In this document: one piece after another, positions 53,185-64,000 of the stretch
How positions within the stretch are numbered: the stretch's first letter is position 1
How the letters are laid out: each line of letters begins with the position of its first letter
NCBI GenBank assembly: GCA_000004695.1
Contig: CM000151.3
Location: 3,808,001-3,872,000 of the forward strand
Origin: Dictyostelium discoideum
Lineage: Eukaryota
DNA length: 64,000 bases
Reading direction: 5' to 3'
Made by a program: the position numbers and the translations under genes
Notes under the pieces: model-generated
What the model saw: only the letters and a program-made list of their open reading frames with translations
Told to the model about the DNA's origin: nothing
Databases searched by the model: none

Positions 53185-53389
53185 TTTTATTACAAACCAA
53201 ATTGATATTTAATGTTTTATTTAATAAATTTGAAAAAAAATTAGATTCATTATTTGATTTGGTTATTTCCTTTAATAAATCTGTATCATTATTATTATTC
53301 GTGACTGAAGAAACTCCATTTACTTTTTTCTTTAATGAATTGATTAGTTCAATATTACTTTCAAAGTTTCTTTGTGTTCTTTTATTCAT
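53185..53389 (-). CDS. USP48-like ubiquitin carboxyl-terminal hydrolase, exon 1 (N-terminal 68 aa).
   Basis: MNKRTQRNFESNIELINSLKKKVNGVSSVTNNNNDTDLLKEITKSNNESNFFSNLLNKTLNINLVCNK followed by 'a', then a GTAAAA donor (reverse complement of 53179-53184), phase 1. It joins to ...KKLLKNCSDNPNCFHHLGQ, which parallels the human USP48 N-terminus ...GVCRRNCKGNPNCLVGIGE. Confidence 0.55.
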
Positions 53390-53451
53390 AACTGTTTTTT
53401 TTATCCTTTTTTTTTTATTTTTTATTTTTTTTATTTTTTTTATTTTTTTTG

Positions 53452-53460
<9 letters not shown>

Positions 53461-53530
<70 letters not shown>
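53461..53530. repeat. (TTA)23 microsatellite in the divergent intergenic region between the USP48-like gene and the MST-like kinase gene.
   Basis: A perfect ttattatta... run. A (CAAAAA)n-like tract at 53950-54010 lies just upstream of the kinase ATG. Confidence 0.9.
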
Positions 53531-53534
<4 letters not shown>

Positions 53535-54025
53535 TTATATTATATAATAAATAAATAAATAAATAAATAAAAAAAGTGTAAAAAAAAATAAATAAAAAAA
53601 ATTAAAAAAAAATAAGAGAAGAGATATTATTTTGGAAAAAAAAAATTAAATAAAATAAAAATAAAAAAAAAAATAATTAAAAAAAATAAAAAAAATTAAA
53701 AAAAATTAAAAAAAAAAAAATTTCAATTTTTTTTTTTTTTTTTTTTTTTCCACCAGTCCACACAAACAATTATTATTATAATTTAATTTAAAATTTATAT
53801 AGAAATACTAAGGTTATTATATACATATTTTTAGATAAAAATAAAATTTTTTTAATAAAAAAAAATAAAATTAAAAATTAAAATAAAAAAAAAAAAAAAA
53901 AAAAAAAAAGAAAAAGAAAAAAAAAATTGGGATTATTATTTAAAAAAAACAACAACACAACCGACAAAAACAAAAACAAAAACAAAAACAACAGAAACAA
54001 AAACAACAATTGTTTATATATATAA

Positions 54026-54521
54026 ATGGCAATTAAAAAGCCAATTAATGTTAAACAATTATCAGATAAATTGGGAGTACCAATTTTACCAGATGATCCA
54101 CAAACCATTTATCATATTCAAGAGAGATTAGGTAAAGGATCATTTGGACAAGTATTTAAGGCAGTTCATTTTGCTAATGGTAAGGTTGTAGCAATTAAAA
54201 TCATATCATTGGATGATCAAGAGGCGATCAAAGATGTAAGAAAAGAGATATCAATTCTAGCAGAATGTAATTATCCAAACATTGTTCAATACTTTGGAAG
54301 TTATTTTAAAGATCATCAACTTTGGATCGTTATGGAGTATTGTGGTGGTGGTTCAGTTAGTGATTTACTTCAAGTGATTGATACCATCTCTGAAGATGAA
54401 ATTGCATTAATTTGTCGTGAAGCTTTAAAAGGTTTAAATTATTTACATGAATTTAAAAAAATTCATCGTGATATTAAAGGTGGTAATATACTTTTAAATG
54501 ATAGAGGTGAAGTTAAATTAG
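54026..54521 (+). CDS. STE20-family MST1/2 (Hippo)-like serine/threonine kinase, exon 1 (kinase subdomains I-VII).
   Basis: GKGSFGQVFKAVHFANGKVVAIKII...WIVMEYCGGGSVSDLL...HRDIKGGNILLNDRGEVKL followed by 'g', then a GTAAGT donor at 54522 (phase 1). Confidence 0.8.
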
Positions 54522-54525
54522 GTAA

Positions 54526-56217
<1,692 letters not shown>

Positions 56218-56260
56218 AATAATTAACACAATTTTAAATCATTTCTAAAATTATATTTAG

Positions 56261-56431
56261 TTAATATCATCAAAATTATCATTTAGTCCTTATATTGGAA
56301 ATTTAATTAAATCACTTAGTTATCATAAAGATATCCAAGAGAATGAATTAATGACACCAAAAGAATCAGTTCAAAATACTAAAATTGTAAATGATCTTAG
56401 TTCAACTGTTAAAACTATTTTTAGACTTTAA
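56261..56431 (+). CDS. Proposed C-terminal exon of the MST/Hippo-like kinase.
   Basis: The canonical GTAAGT donor sits right before the track ORF's short read-through tail (VSFHKTYIY*). The acceptor ttAG at 56259-56260 gives the in-frame LISSKLSFSPYIGNLIKSLSYHKDIQENELMTPKESVQNTKIVNDLSSTVKTIFRL*. An alternative acceptor at 56290 is not in frame. Confidence 0.4.
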   Translation, partial: LISSKLSFSPYIGNLIKSLSYHKDIQENELMTPKESVQNTKIVNDLSSTVKTIFRL

Positions 56432-56573
56432 AAAAAAAAAAAACAAATAATAATAAAAAAAAAAAATAATAAAAATAATAAATCAATAATAAATAGTATA
56501 ATAATAATATATTATATTATATTAAAAATAATAAACACAAAAATAGTTTTTATTTGATTTTTTTAAATTTATT

Positions 56574-57010
56574 TTATTTAGTTTTAATTGGTTTAGTTTT
56601 ATTAATAGTTTTAACTTTATTCATTACATTTGTATATTCGAAATTTAATAAATCTTCAATCTCTGAAGAATCACGAAGATAAAAGTATTTTCCAATTGGG
56701 TGATTGATAATGATTGGGAATAAGTATGGTCTAAAAATATATTCTATAACTCCATACCAAATGAAACCTAAACAAATACCAATAAAAGATCCACAAAATA
56801 CTTGTTTAGCTGTATGATAATATAAATGAACTCTAGAGTATGCAACACCAGCTGCTAAGAAAAATAAAAATGTAACACTAATAATTGGTAAAATCTTTGA
56901 CCCAAATCTAATTCTTTTCTTTAAATAAAATAATGTCATTAATACTGCAAAAAAAAACATAAATTGACTATGACTTGATGGCATTCCATAACTTTGTTTT
57001 CTTAATTCCT
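56574..57010 (-). CDS. Dolichyldiphosphatase, exon 2. The spliced product is about 239 aa.
   Basis: The acceptor is the reverse complement of ct at 57011-57012, and a+ag = Lys. The exon reads ELRKQSYGMPSSHSQFMFFFAVL...VAYSRVHLYYHTAKQV... The PSSH and SRxxxxxHT motifs are PAP2 motifs 2 and 3, and YGMPSSHSQFM matches DOLPP1. Confidence 0.75.
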
Positions 57011-57065
57011 CTTTTTTTTAAATAAAAAAAAAAAAAAAAAAAAAAAAAAAAGATTAGTTTGAGAT

Positions 57066-57101
<36 letters not shown>

Positions 57102-57124
57102 CTATTTATATTTTTATAACTTAC

Positions 57125-57407
57125 TCCACATTGTTGGTCTATGTTCTTTAATTGATTTTTTTAAAACATAATTTGTACATTCACTAAATAATAAACCAAG
57201 AAATATTGAAATGGTTCTAACATCTCTTCTAAATAAAATTAATGTAATTACACCAATTGCAATTGCAATTGGAATTAATGTAACATATGCATTAAATAAT
57301 CCAAATGGATCATCATGTTGATAATGAACTGTTGTTAATTCAACAAATGTTAATGCTGTGTAAACTTCTTGTTCCATCTTTTTATCTTTTGCTTGAAACA
57401 ATGCCAA
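57125..57407 (-). CDS. Dolichyldiphosphatase (DOLPP1/Cwh8-like, PAP2 superfamily), exon 1.
   Basis: MALFQAKDKKMEQEVYTALTFVELTT...NYVLKKSIKEHRPTMW followed by 'a'. This carries PAP2 motif 1, KxxxxxxRP. The GTAAGT donor is the reverse complement of 57119-57124. Confidence 0.75.
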
Positions 57408-57833
57408 TATATCAATGAAAAAAAAAAAAAAAAAAATTTTTAATCAAAAAAAAAAAAAAAAAAAAAAGAAAATTTTTAGTCAAAAAAAAAAAAAAGTAAT
57501 CGTTTTTTCCATTTTGTTTATAATTTTTTTTTTTTTTAAAAAAATGATTTAATTTTATTTATTTTTAATATGGATTTAGTATAGATAAATAGAGCACTCA
57601 AAAATACTTAAAAAATATATTGATTAGGGAATAAAATTGTTTTTTTTTTTTTAAAAAAACAAAATGGAAATAAATTTAAAAACAAGATTTTATTAGATTA
57701 GAAATTAATAATAATTGGTTTTTTCTTTTGTTTACTTTTTTATTTTAATTTTAATTTTATTTTCTATTTTTTTTATTTTATTTTTTTAAATATGTTGTTT
57801 AAATTTAATTATTTTATTATTTAAACAATTTTC

Positions 57834-57876
<43 letters not shown>

Positions 57877-57901
57877 TTTTTTTTTTTTTAAAAAAAAAGT
57901 A

Positions 57902-58270
57902 ATGGAGAGTAGAATTATTGAAATAGACCCAAATTGTGTTAATGAATTTGAAAAACTCAAAAAAAAATATAAAATAGAATCAATTTTTTTAAAATTAAAT
58001 GATAATTTTAATTTATTATATGTTGAAAAAACTTTATCTAAAATATCTCAAGATGATTTTTTAGAATCAATACCAGTTGATCAACCAAGATTAATCATTT
58101 ATAAAAAATACTCAAATAATAAAATAATATTCATTAGATGGATTCCCGAAATTGTTCAAGATACAATCGAATATTCTTATAGTAACGCTTCAACAGCAAT
58201 ACTTGAACTTTTAATTGGTATAAATGAATATATGGAAGTAAAAGATTTAATTCAACTTTCAAATTTATAA
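57902..58270 (+). CDS. ADF-H domain protein, closest in shape to glia maturation factor (GMF) and cofilin.
   Basis: IIEIDPNCVNEFEKLKKK...QPRLIIYKKYS...KIIFIRWIPEIVQDTIEYSYSNASTAI parallels GMF: VCEVDPELTEKLRKFRF...QPRFVVYSYKY...[26 protein letters not shown]. Confidence 0.5.
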   Translation: MESRIIEIDPNCVNEFEKLKKKYKIESIFLKLNDNFNLLYVEKTLSKISQDDFLESIPVDQPRLIIYKKYSNNKIIFIRWIPEIVQDTIEYSYSNASTAILELLIGINEYMEVKDLIQLSNL

Positions 58271-58511
58271 AAAAGAAAAAAAAAATTAATTATTAAAAAA
58301 TAAATATTTTAATAGAAAATATTTTTTTTCAAGTTTGGAAAATCAATCAAATAAATTAAATCCTTTGAATTCCAAAATAAAAATGAAAATTAAAAATAAA
58401 AAAAAAATTTTCTTTTTTTTTTTTTTTTTTCAATTTTTTTTTTTTTTTTTTTTTCACAAATCATTGTCGAATTTTCATTTTTAATTGTTGTGATAAATTT
58501 ATATTTAAATA

Positions 58512-60212
58512 ATGTCAAACAATTTATTTGGTACAGGTTCATCAACTTCATCATCATTATTTGGTTCAACACCTTCAGCAGGTGGATTATTTGGTGGTGG
58601 TAGTTCAACAACACCAGCAACAGGCGGTGGTGGTTTATTTGGAGGTGCCTCAACAACACCAGCAACAGGCGGCGGTTTATTTGGAGGTGCCTCAACAACA
58701 CCAGCAACAGGTGGTGGTTTATTTGGAGGTGCCTCAACAACACCAGCAACAGGTGGTGGTGGTTTATTTGGAGGTAGTAGCACTACAGCACCAGCAACAG
58801 GTGGTGGTGGTTTATTTGGTGGTTCTACAACAACTGCACCAGCAACTACTGGAGGATTATTTGGAGGTAGTAGCACTACAGCACCATCAACAACAACTGG
58901 TGGATTATTCGGAGGTTCTTCAACAACTACACCATCAATAACAACAACAGGAGGATTATTTGGAGGTGCTTCAACAACTGCACCATCAACAACAACAGGT
59001 GGATTATTTGGAGCAACTACACCAGCAACTACAGCAACAACAACAACAGGTGGATTATTTGGCGGATCTACAACCACACCATCATTAACAAGTGGTGGAG
59101 GTTTATTTGGAGCAACTACACCAGCAGCTACAACAACAACAACATCCTCAGCTATACCATCATTAACTAGCGGCGGAGGTTTATTTGGTGGATCTACAAC
59201 TACACCATCATTAACTAGTGGTGGATTATTTGGAGCAACTACACCAGCAGCTACAACAACTACATCTACAACTACACCATCATTAACTAGTGGTGGATTA
59301 TTTGGAGCAACCACACCATCAACTACAGGAGGATTATTTGGAGCATCAACAACAACAACAACAACACCATCAACTACATCTACAACAACTCCATCAACAA
59401 CTACAGGCGGATTATTCGGTGCAACTACACCAGCAACAACTACAACTTCAGGAGGATTATTTGGAGCATCAACAACAACACCATCAACCACAGGAGGATT
59501 ATTTGGAGTGTCAACAACAACACCATCAACTACATCAGCAACCACACCAACAACAACAACTACAGGAGGATTATTTGGCGCAGCAACAACATCAGCAACT
59601 ACACCATCAACAACAACAACAACAACAACAACAACACCAACTACTGGATTATTTGGTTCATCAACAACACCATCAACAACAACATCAGGTGGATTGTTTG
59701 GTTCATCAACTACTCCATCAACAACAACAACAACAACAACAGCAACAACACCAACAACAGGCGGATTATTTGGTTCATCAACTACTCCATCAACAACAAC
59801 AACATCAGGTGGATTATTTGGTTCATCAGCTACACCATCAACAACATCATCAGGTGGATTATTTGGAGCAACAACTACTTCAGCAACAACCACAACTACT
59901 ACACCAACCACTACCTCTGGTGGATTATTTGGAACATCATCAACTACCACCACCACTACAACACCAGCAGCAGTAGCAGCAACTTCATCAAATCCACTCA
60001 CAACATCAATGTTGGGTGGATCATCAACAACACCAAATCCAGTTTCAGCTTCTTTAAATAATAGTGATCCAATTGGAATTAATGAAAGTAAATTATTAGA
60101 ACAACTCTTAAATGAATGGGTATCAGAAATTGAAAATCAAACTAAAAATTTTTATGATCAAGCAAAAACTATTTTTGTTTGGGATCAACGTATAATGGAT
60201 AATTCTCAAAAA
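58512..60212 (+). CDS. Nup62/Nsp1-type FG nucleoporin, exon 1: about 40 GLFG/FG repeats and the start of the Nsp1_C coiled coil.
   Basis: MSNNLFGTGSSTSSSLFGSTPSAGGLFGGGSSTTPATGGGGLFGG... The end of the exon, LLEQLLNEWVSEIENQTKNFYDQAKTIFVWDQRIMDNSQK, matches Nup62 ...KWSLELEDQEKHFLQQATQVNAWDRTLIENGEK. The donor AAA|GTAAAT at 60213 is phase 0. Confidence 0.75.
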
Positions 60213-60321
60213 GTAAATTTATAATTATTAATTTACTATTATTATTCATTTATTATCATTTTATATATTAATCTTAATTTTTTTTTTTTTTTTTTTTTTT
60301 GATTATATTATATATATATAG

Positions 60322-60750
60322 TTAGGTAAATTAATGGATGTAGTAGTTAAATTAAATTCTCAACAAAATGCATTAAATCAATGTATTGATGTAGTTAGAG
60401 ATCAACAAGCATTATTAGAGAGATCATTGAATGCTTTAGATTCAAAGATTAAATCATCACCAAAGGATAATGAAACAACAGCAGATTTAGAGAGAGAAAG
60501 AATCTATTCTTTGGCAACTAAAATAGATGATGATATCATTAAAGTAGAGAATAAATTATTGGGTGTAGTAAATAAAATTAATCAAAATCAAGTTAAAGAT
60601 GATAATCCAAAGGATTTAAATCAAAAAGTTTCTAAAATCTTAAATGATCACTTAAATACTTTACAATGGATTGATAAAAGTACAAATATTCTTCAAGAAT
60701 CTTTAAAAGTAATAGAAAGTACTTCTTTACCTGAAACTTCAAGAAGATAA
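60322..60750 (+). CDS. Nup62/Nsp1-type nucleoporin, exon 2 (the rest of the Nsp1_C coiled-coil domain).
   Basis: The acceptor tatAG is at 60320-60321. The exon reads LGKLMDVVVKLNSQQNALNQ...VSKILNDHLNTLQWIDKSTNILQESLKVIE, which matches Nup62 ICKILNAHMDSLQWIDQNSALLQRKVEEV. Confidence 0.7.
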   Translation, partial: LGKLMDVVVKLNSQQNALNQCIDVVRDQQALLERSLNALDSKIKSSPKDNETTADLERERIYSLATKIDDDIIKVENKLLGVVNKINQNQVKDDNPKDLNQKVSKILNDHLNTLQWIDKSTNILQESLKVIESTSLPETSRR

Positions 60751-61022
60751 ATACAAATGTTAAAAAAAAAAAAAATAATAAAAAAAAATAATAAAAAAAA
60801 AAAAAAAATAAAAAAAATAAAAAAAAAATAAAAATCTTTTAAAACTATAAAACAAATTATATACAATGATTAATCATTTACACTAAATCAAAATTCAAAT
60901 TAAAAACAGAAATCATAATATTATTTTCATTGAAATTTAAAATTTAAATCATTTTCCATACTTTTTTTTTATATTTTTTTATTTTTTTATTTTTTTTTAT
61001 TTTTTTTATCCAACAAATATCT

Positions 61023-61053
<31 letters not shown>

Positions 61054-61122
61054 TTTATTTTCATTTTTTTTTTTTTTTAAACACCCCTTCCTCACAAAAA
61101 AAAAATAATTATATAAATAATA

Positions 61123-61299
61123 ATGGAAAGAATACAAATAATATCAAATCATTTAGTAGCAGGTGAAATTAAACAACAAAAAAAAGCACAACCAAGTGCA
61201 ACAGATTTCTTTGATTTCGATGGACTTTTAACAGAAAAGGAATTAGCAATTAGAAAAAAAGCTGAAAAATTTGCAAAAGAAGAAATTAATTCATTAAAT
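61123..61299 (+). CDS. gcdh: Glutaryl-CoA dehydrogenase, exon 1 (N-terminal 59 aa).
   Basis: MERIQIISNHLVAGEIKQQKKAQPSATDFFDFDGLLTEKELAIRKKAEKFAKEEINSLN. FDFDGLLTEKEL matches GCDH FDWQDPLVLEEQL. The donor AAT|GTGAGA at 61300 is phase 0. Confidence 0.7.
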
Positions 61300-61378
61300 G
61301 TGAGAGATTATTAAAATAATTAATAAAAAAAAAAAAAACTAATTTAAAGTTTAATAATAATAATAATATTATTAATAG

Positions 61379-62494
61379 ATTAATGAATATTATGAAAGAG
61401 CAGAATTTCCATTACCAATTATTGAAAGATTAAAAGGATTAAATTGGGTGGGTGCAAATATAAAAGGATATGGTAGTCCAGAGTTAACATCAATGGAATT
61501 AGGTTTGATTGCAATGGAAATTTCAAAATCAAGTGCAGATATTGCAACTTTTTATACTATACTTTTGAATATTACAATGTTGGCAATTTATTATTCAGGA
61601 TCAGAACAACAAAAACAATATTATTTACCAAAGATGACATCATTGGAAAAGATTGGTGCATTTGCATTAACAGAACCTGAGGCAGGATCAGATGCAGCAG
61701 GTTTAAAATGTACAGCTAAGCAATTACCAAATGGTGCTGGTTGGATATTGAATGGTGAGAAACGTTGGATTGGTAATGCACCAATGGCTGATATAATAGT
61801 GATTTGGGCTAGAAATATTGATACAAATAAAATTCATGGTTTTATACTTGAGCCTTCAAAAGTAGCAAGTGGTGGCGATCAATTAAGAATTGAAACTCTT
61901 CAAAAGAAATTTGCATTTAGAAGTGTTCAAAATGGTCATATCTTTATGAAAGATTGTTTCATAGCAGAGGATCAAAGATTAACCAATGCATTGGATTTCA
62001 ATAGTGGTCCTGGTAAATGTTTATTCCTAACTAGAATAGTGGTTGGTTGGATTGCATTGGGAGTCGCTAGTAATGCCTATGAAAAATGTTTACAATATGT
62101 TAAGCAAAGAAATCAATTTGGTCAACCATTAGCTCAATTCCAATTGGTTCAAGAGAGATTGGTTAAAATGTGTTCAAATATTCAAGCAATCTCTTTGATG
62201 TGTCATCGTGTTTCACAACTTTTCGATCAAGGTAAATTATCAAGTGGTCAAGTTGGACTTTTAAAAGCTTTCTCAACCTCAAAAGCCCGTGAAGTAGTTT
62301 CAATGGCTCGTGAATTATTCGGTGGTAATGGTATACTTTTAGATGATATAGGTAGAAATTTCCTTGATATGGAAGGTATCTATACCTTTGAAGGTACTTA
62401 TGATGTAAATACTTTAATTGCTGCAAGAGAAATTACTGGATTATCTGCTATATCTTCAATAAATCATTCAAAATCACAACAACAACAAAAATAA
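61379..62494 (+). CDS. gcdh: Glutaryl-CoA dehydrogenase, exon 2 (acyl-CoA dehydrogenase N, middle and C domains).
   Basis: The acceptor aatAG is at 61377-61378. INEYYERAEFPLPIIERLKGLNWVGANIKGYGSP...GSEQQKQYYLPKM...FALTEPEAGSDAAGLKCTA...GNAPMADIIVIWAR...IHGFILE...MEGIYTFEGTYDVNTLIAAREITG is colinear with human GCDH (IKGYG, [55 protein letters not shown]). Confidence 0.85.
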   Translation: MNEYYERAEFPLPIIERLKGLNWVGANIKGYGSPELTSMELGLIAMEISKSSADIATFYTILLNITMLAIYYSGSEQQKQYYLPKMTSLEKIGAFALTEPEAGSDAAGLKCTAKQLPNGAGWILNGEKRWIGNAPMADIIVIWARNIDTNKIHGFILEPSKVASGGDQLRIETLQKKFAFRSVQNGHIFMKDCFIAEDQRLTNALDFNSGPGKCLFLTRIVVGWIALGVASNAYEKCLQYVKQRNQFGQPLAQFQLVQERLVKMCSNIQAISLMCHRVSQLFDQGKLSSGQVGLLKAFSTSKAREVVSMARELFGGNGILLDDIGRNFLDMEGIYTFEGTYDVNTLIAAREITGLSAISSINHSKSQQQQK

Positions 62495-62554
62495 AAATAA
62501 AAATGAAAATTATTTATTTAAAAATATTTACAAAAAAAAATTAATTTATTTATT

Positions 62555-62830
62555 TTAATTTTTTAATACCATATTATGGTTGTTATTATCATTATTATTA
62601 TTATTATTATTGTCATCAGTACTATTATTTGATTTATTTGAAGAATTTTGCATTTCTTGGATTTCTTTTTTGAGTAAATGAGTTAATACAAGATAATTGG
62701 CTCCAATAGATTCATAGTCTTCTTCCATTTTTTCTACATAAAGTGAGAGTGAATTAATAGCTGCAAGTGAGTTATCAATAGCTTCGAGTTCATCTTTTCT
62801 ATTTTTAATTATTCTTTCACTTTTGTTCAT
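62555..62830 (-). CDS. Small (91 aa) coiled-coil protein with an Asn-rich tail. Identity unknown.
   Basis: Canonical ATG. The sequence is MNKSERIIKNRKDELEAIDNSLAAINSLSLYVEKMEEDYESIGANYLVLTHLLKKEIQEMQ..., and no domain is recognised. Confidence 0.35.
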   Translation of the reverse strand: MNKSERIIKNRKDELEAIDNSLAAINSLSLYVEKMEEDYESIGANYLVLTHLLKKEIQEMQNSSNKSNNSTDDNNNNNNNDNNNHNMVLKN

Positions 62831-63055
62831 TTTAAATTTTAATTGGATTTTTTATTATTTATTATTTCATTTGAATTTTTAAACTTCTTGAAATTTTGTG
62901 TAAAAACAATGAAAAGCTGTGAAAAATATAAATAGTTTTTTTTTTTTTATTTGGCAAAATCTAATTTTTTTTTTTTTTTTTTTTTTTTTGAATTATTTTT
63001 TTTTAATTTTTTTGGTTTTTTTTTTTTTTTTTAATTTTGTTTTAAACCTTTAAAG

Positions 63056-63334
63056 ATGACAGATGATGTTGTAATGAAAACTGAAAAAGATGAAGAGATA
63101 AAAACAAATGAAACAAATATAGATAAAAGTGATAATAAATATGAAAAAGAGAATAAAGTAAGTGAGTTATATTTGGATTCATTGGAAACTTTATTATTAA
63201 TTCACATAATAATTAAATATGAAGAAGATAAAAATACGTTTAATTGGTCTTCAATAAAAGAATCATTATTAAAAGAAATTGAAAAATTAAAAGATTTAAA
63301 TATAACAAATAATATTTCAATGAAAAGTGAAGAG
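63056..63334 (+). CDS. Hypothetical K/E-rich coiled-coil protein, exon 1.
   Basis: MTDDVVMKTEKDEEIKTNETNIDKSDNKYEKENKVSELYLDSLETLLLIHIIIKYEEDKNTFNWSSIKESLLKEIEKLKDLNITNNISMKSEE, followed by a GTAAGA donor at 63335 (phase 0). Confidence 0.45.
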
Positions 63335-63435
63335 GTAAGAAAAAAAAAAAAATAAGAAAAAAAAAAAAAATTAAAAACAAACAAATAAATAATTATAATT
63401 CTTTATTAATATATTTAAATAATATATTCTTTTAG

Positions 63436-64000
63436 GAAATTAAAATATTTTATGATAAAATTCAAGAAAATTTTGGAAAAGATAATATAATAAATTTAGA
63501 AATTTTATTAAGAAATAAAAGAATAGAAAAAATTAAAAACCAAATTGATCAATATAATAAACAATTAAAAGAAAAAGAAGAGATTATTGATACTATAAAA
63601 CAAAATTATTTAAATGAATTAGAATTAGAAAAACAATTAGAACAAGAGAGAGAAAAAGAAAAGGAGAAAGAAAAAGAGATTGAAAAAGAGAAAGAAAAAG
63701 AAAAAGATGAAGAAAAAGAAAAAGAGAAAGAAAAAGAGAAAGGAAAAGGTAAAGATAAAGCAAAAGATAAAGAAAAAACAAATACTACTACCACTACTAC
63801 TACTACTATTACTACTCCAACAACAGAAAAAGAAAAAAACACATCATCATCATCATCAAAACTAAAAAGAAATCAAAAACAAACACCAACAACAACAACC
63901 CCAGCTACATTAATATCTACAAATACAAACGATGATGATGAACAAAAAAGAAGAGAAGAAGAACACCAAAGAGCAAGTTCAAAGAAAATACTTTATACAT
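63436..64000 (+). CDS. Hypothetical K/E-rich coiled-coil protein, exon 2. It is partial and continues beyond the window.
   Basis: The acceptor ttAG is at 63434-63435. The frame, verified codon by codon, is open to position 64000: EIKIFYDKIQENFGKDNIINLEILLRNKRIEKIKNQIDQYNKQLKEKEEIIDTIKQNYLNELELEKQLEQEREKEKEKEKE...TTTTTTTITTPTTEKEKNTSSSSSKLKRNQ... Confidence 0.45.

Noticed and set aside
58390-60001. Long antisense ORFs on the - strand opposite the Nup62 FG-repeat exon (58505..60001, 498 aa, and 58390..58749).
   Set aside because: They translate the reverse complement of GGLFG/TTTP-coding repeats into poly-V/P/N low-complexity sequence. They have no start context, and they mirror a well-supported sense gene. 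They are a repeat artefact.

Overview
This window looks like an AT-rich, gene-dense nuclear segment of a Dictyostelium-type social amoeba genome. The evidence is roughly 75-80% A+T, abundant (AAT)n/(CAA)n tracts translated as poly-Asn/poly-Gln inside real proteins, and short AT-rich introns with GTAAGT...AG boundaries. It is not a prokaryotic locus. I see no CRISPR array, no rRNA gene and no operon-like defence cluster.

Genes I recognise, in order:
- the 3' end of a saposin-like secreted protein;
- DNA2 nuclease/helicase, two exons, with its intron inside an (AAT)n tract;
- a tandem pair of N-myristoylated recoverin/NCS-type EF-hand genes, the downstream copy carrying three in-frame TAA stops;
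- a head-to-head pair of small secreted proteins, one with a mature N-terminal His and one ependymin-related;
- catalase A;
- a calcineurin-B-homologous (CHP-like) EF-hand gene with two micro-exons;
- a TMF-like golgin;
- a 3'-5' exonuclease (DEDDy) protein with an (EKK)n N-terminus;
- a UIM+UBX protein;
- a multi-pass membrane protein;
- a Stealth-family GlcNAc-1-phosphotransferase-like gene;
- a GANP/SAC3 (TREX-2) homologue with FG repeats;
- a ~5.3 kb non-LTR retrotransposon of TRE3 type sitting just downstream of a tRNA-Gln(UUG) gene and its external B box;
- a COMM-domain protein;
- a USP48-like deubiquitinase, three exons, whose conserved N-terminal exon is hidden from the ORF track;
- an MST/Hippo-like STE20 kinase;
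- dolichyldiphosphatase (PAP2 family);
- a GMF-like ADF-H protein;
- a Nup62/Nsp1-type GLFG nucleoporin;
- glutaryl-CoA dehydrogenase;
- a partial K/E-rich coiled-coil gene at the 3' edge.

Many antisense low-complexity ORFs in the track are triplet-repeat artefacts.

The items most worth follow-up are:
- the retrotransposon's 84-bp internal duplication that splits its endonuclease domain;
- the pseudogenised EF-hand paralogue;
- the secreted protein with a mature N-terminal His, a possible histidine-brace copper protein;
- several exon joins that the six-frame track cannot show.

All exon boundaries are hand-derived from frame continuity and GT...AG rules, and should be checked against cDNA.
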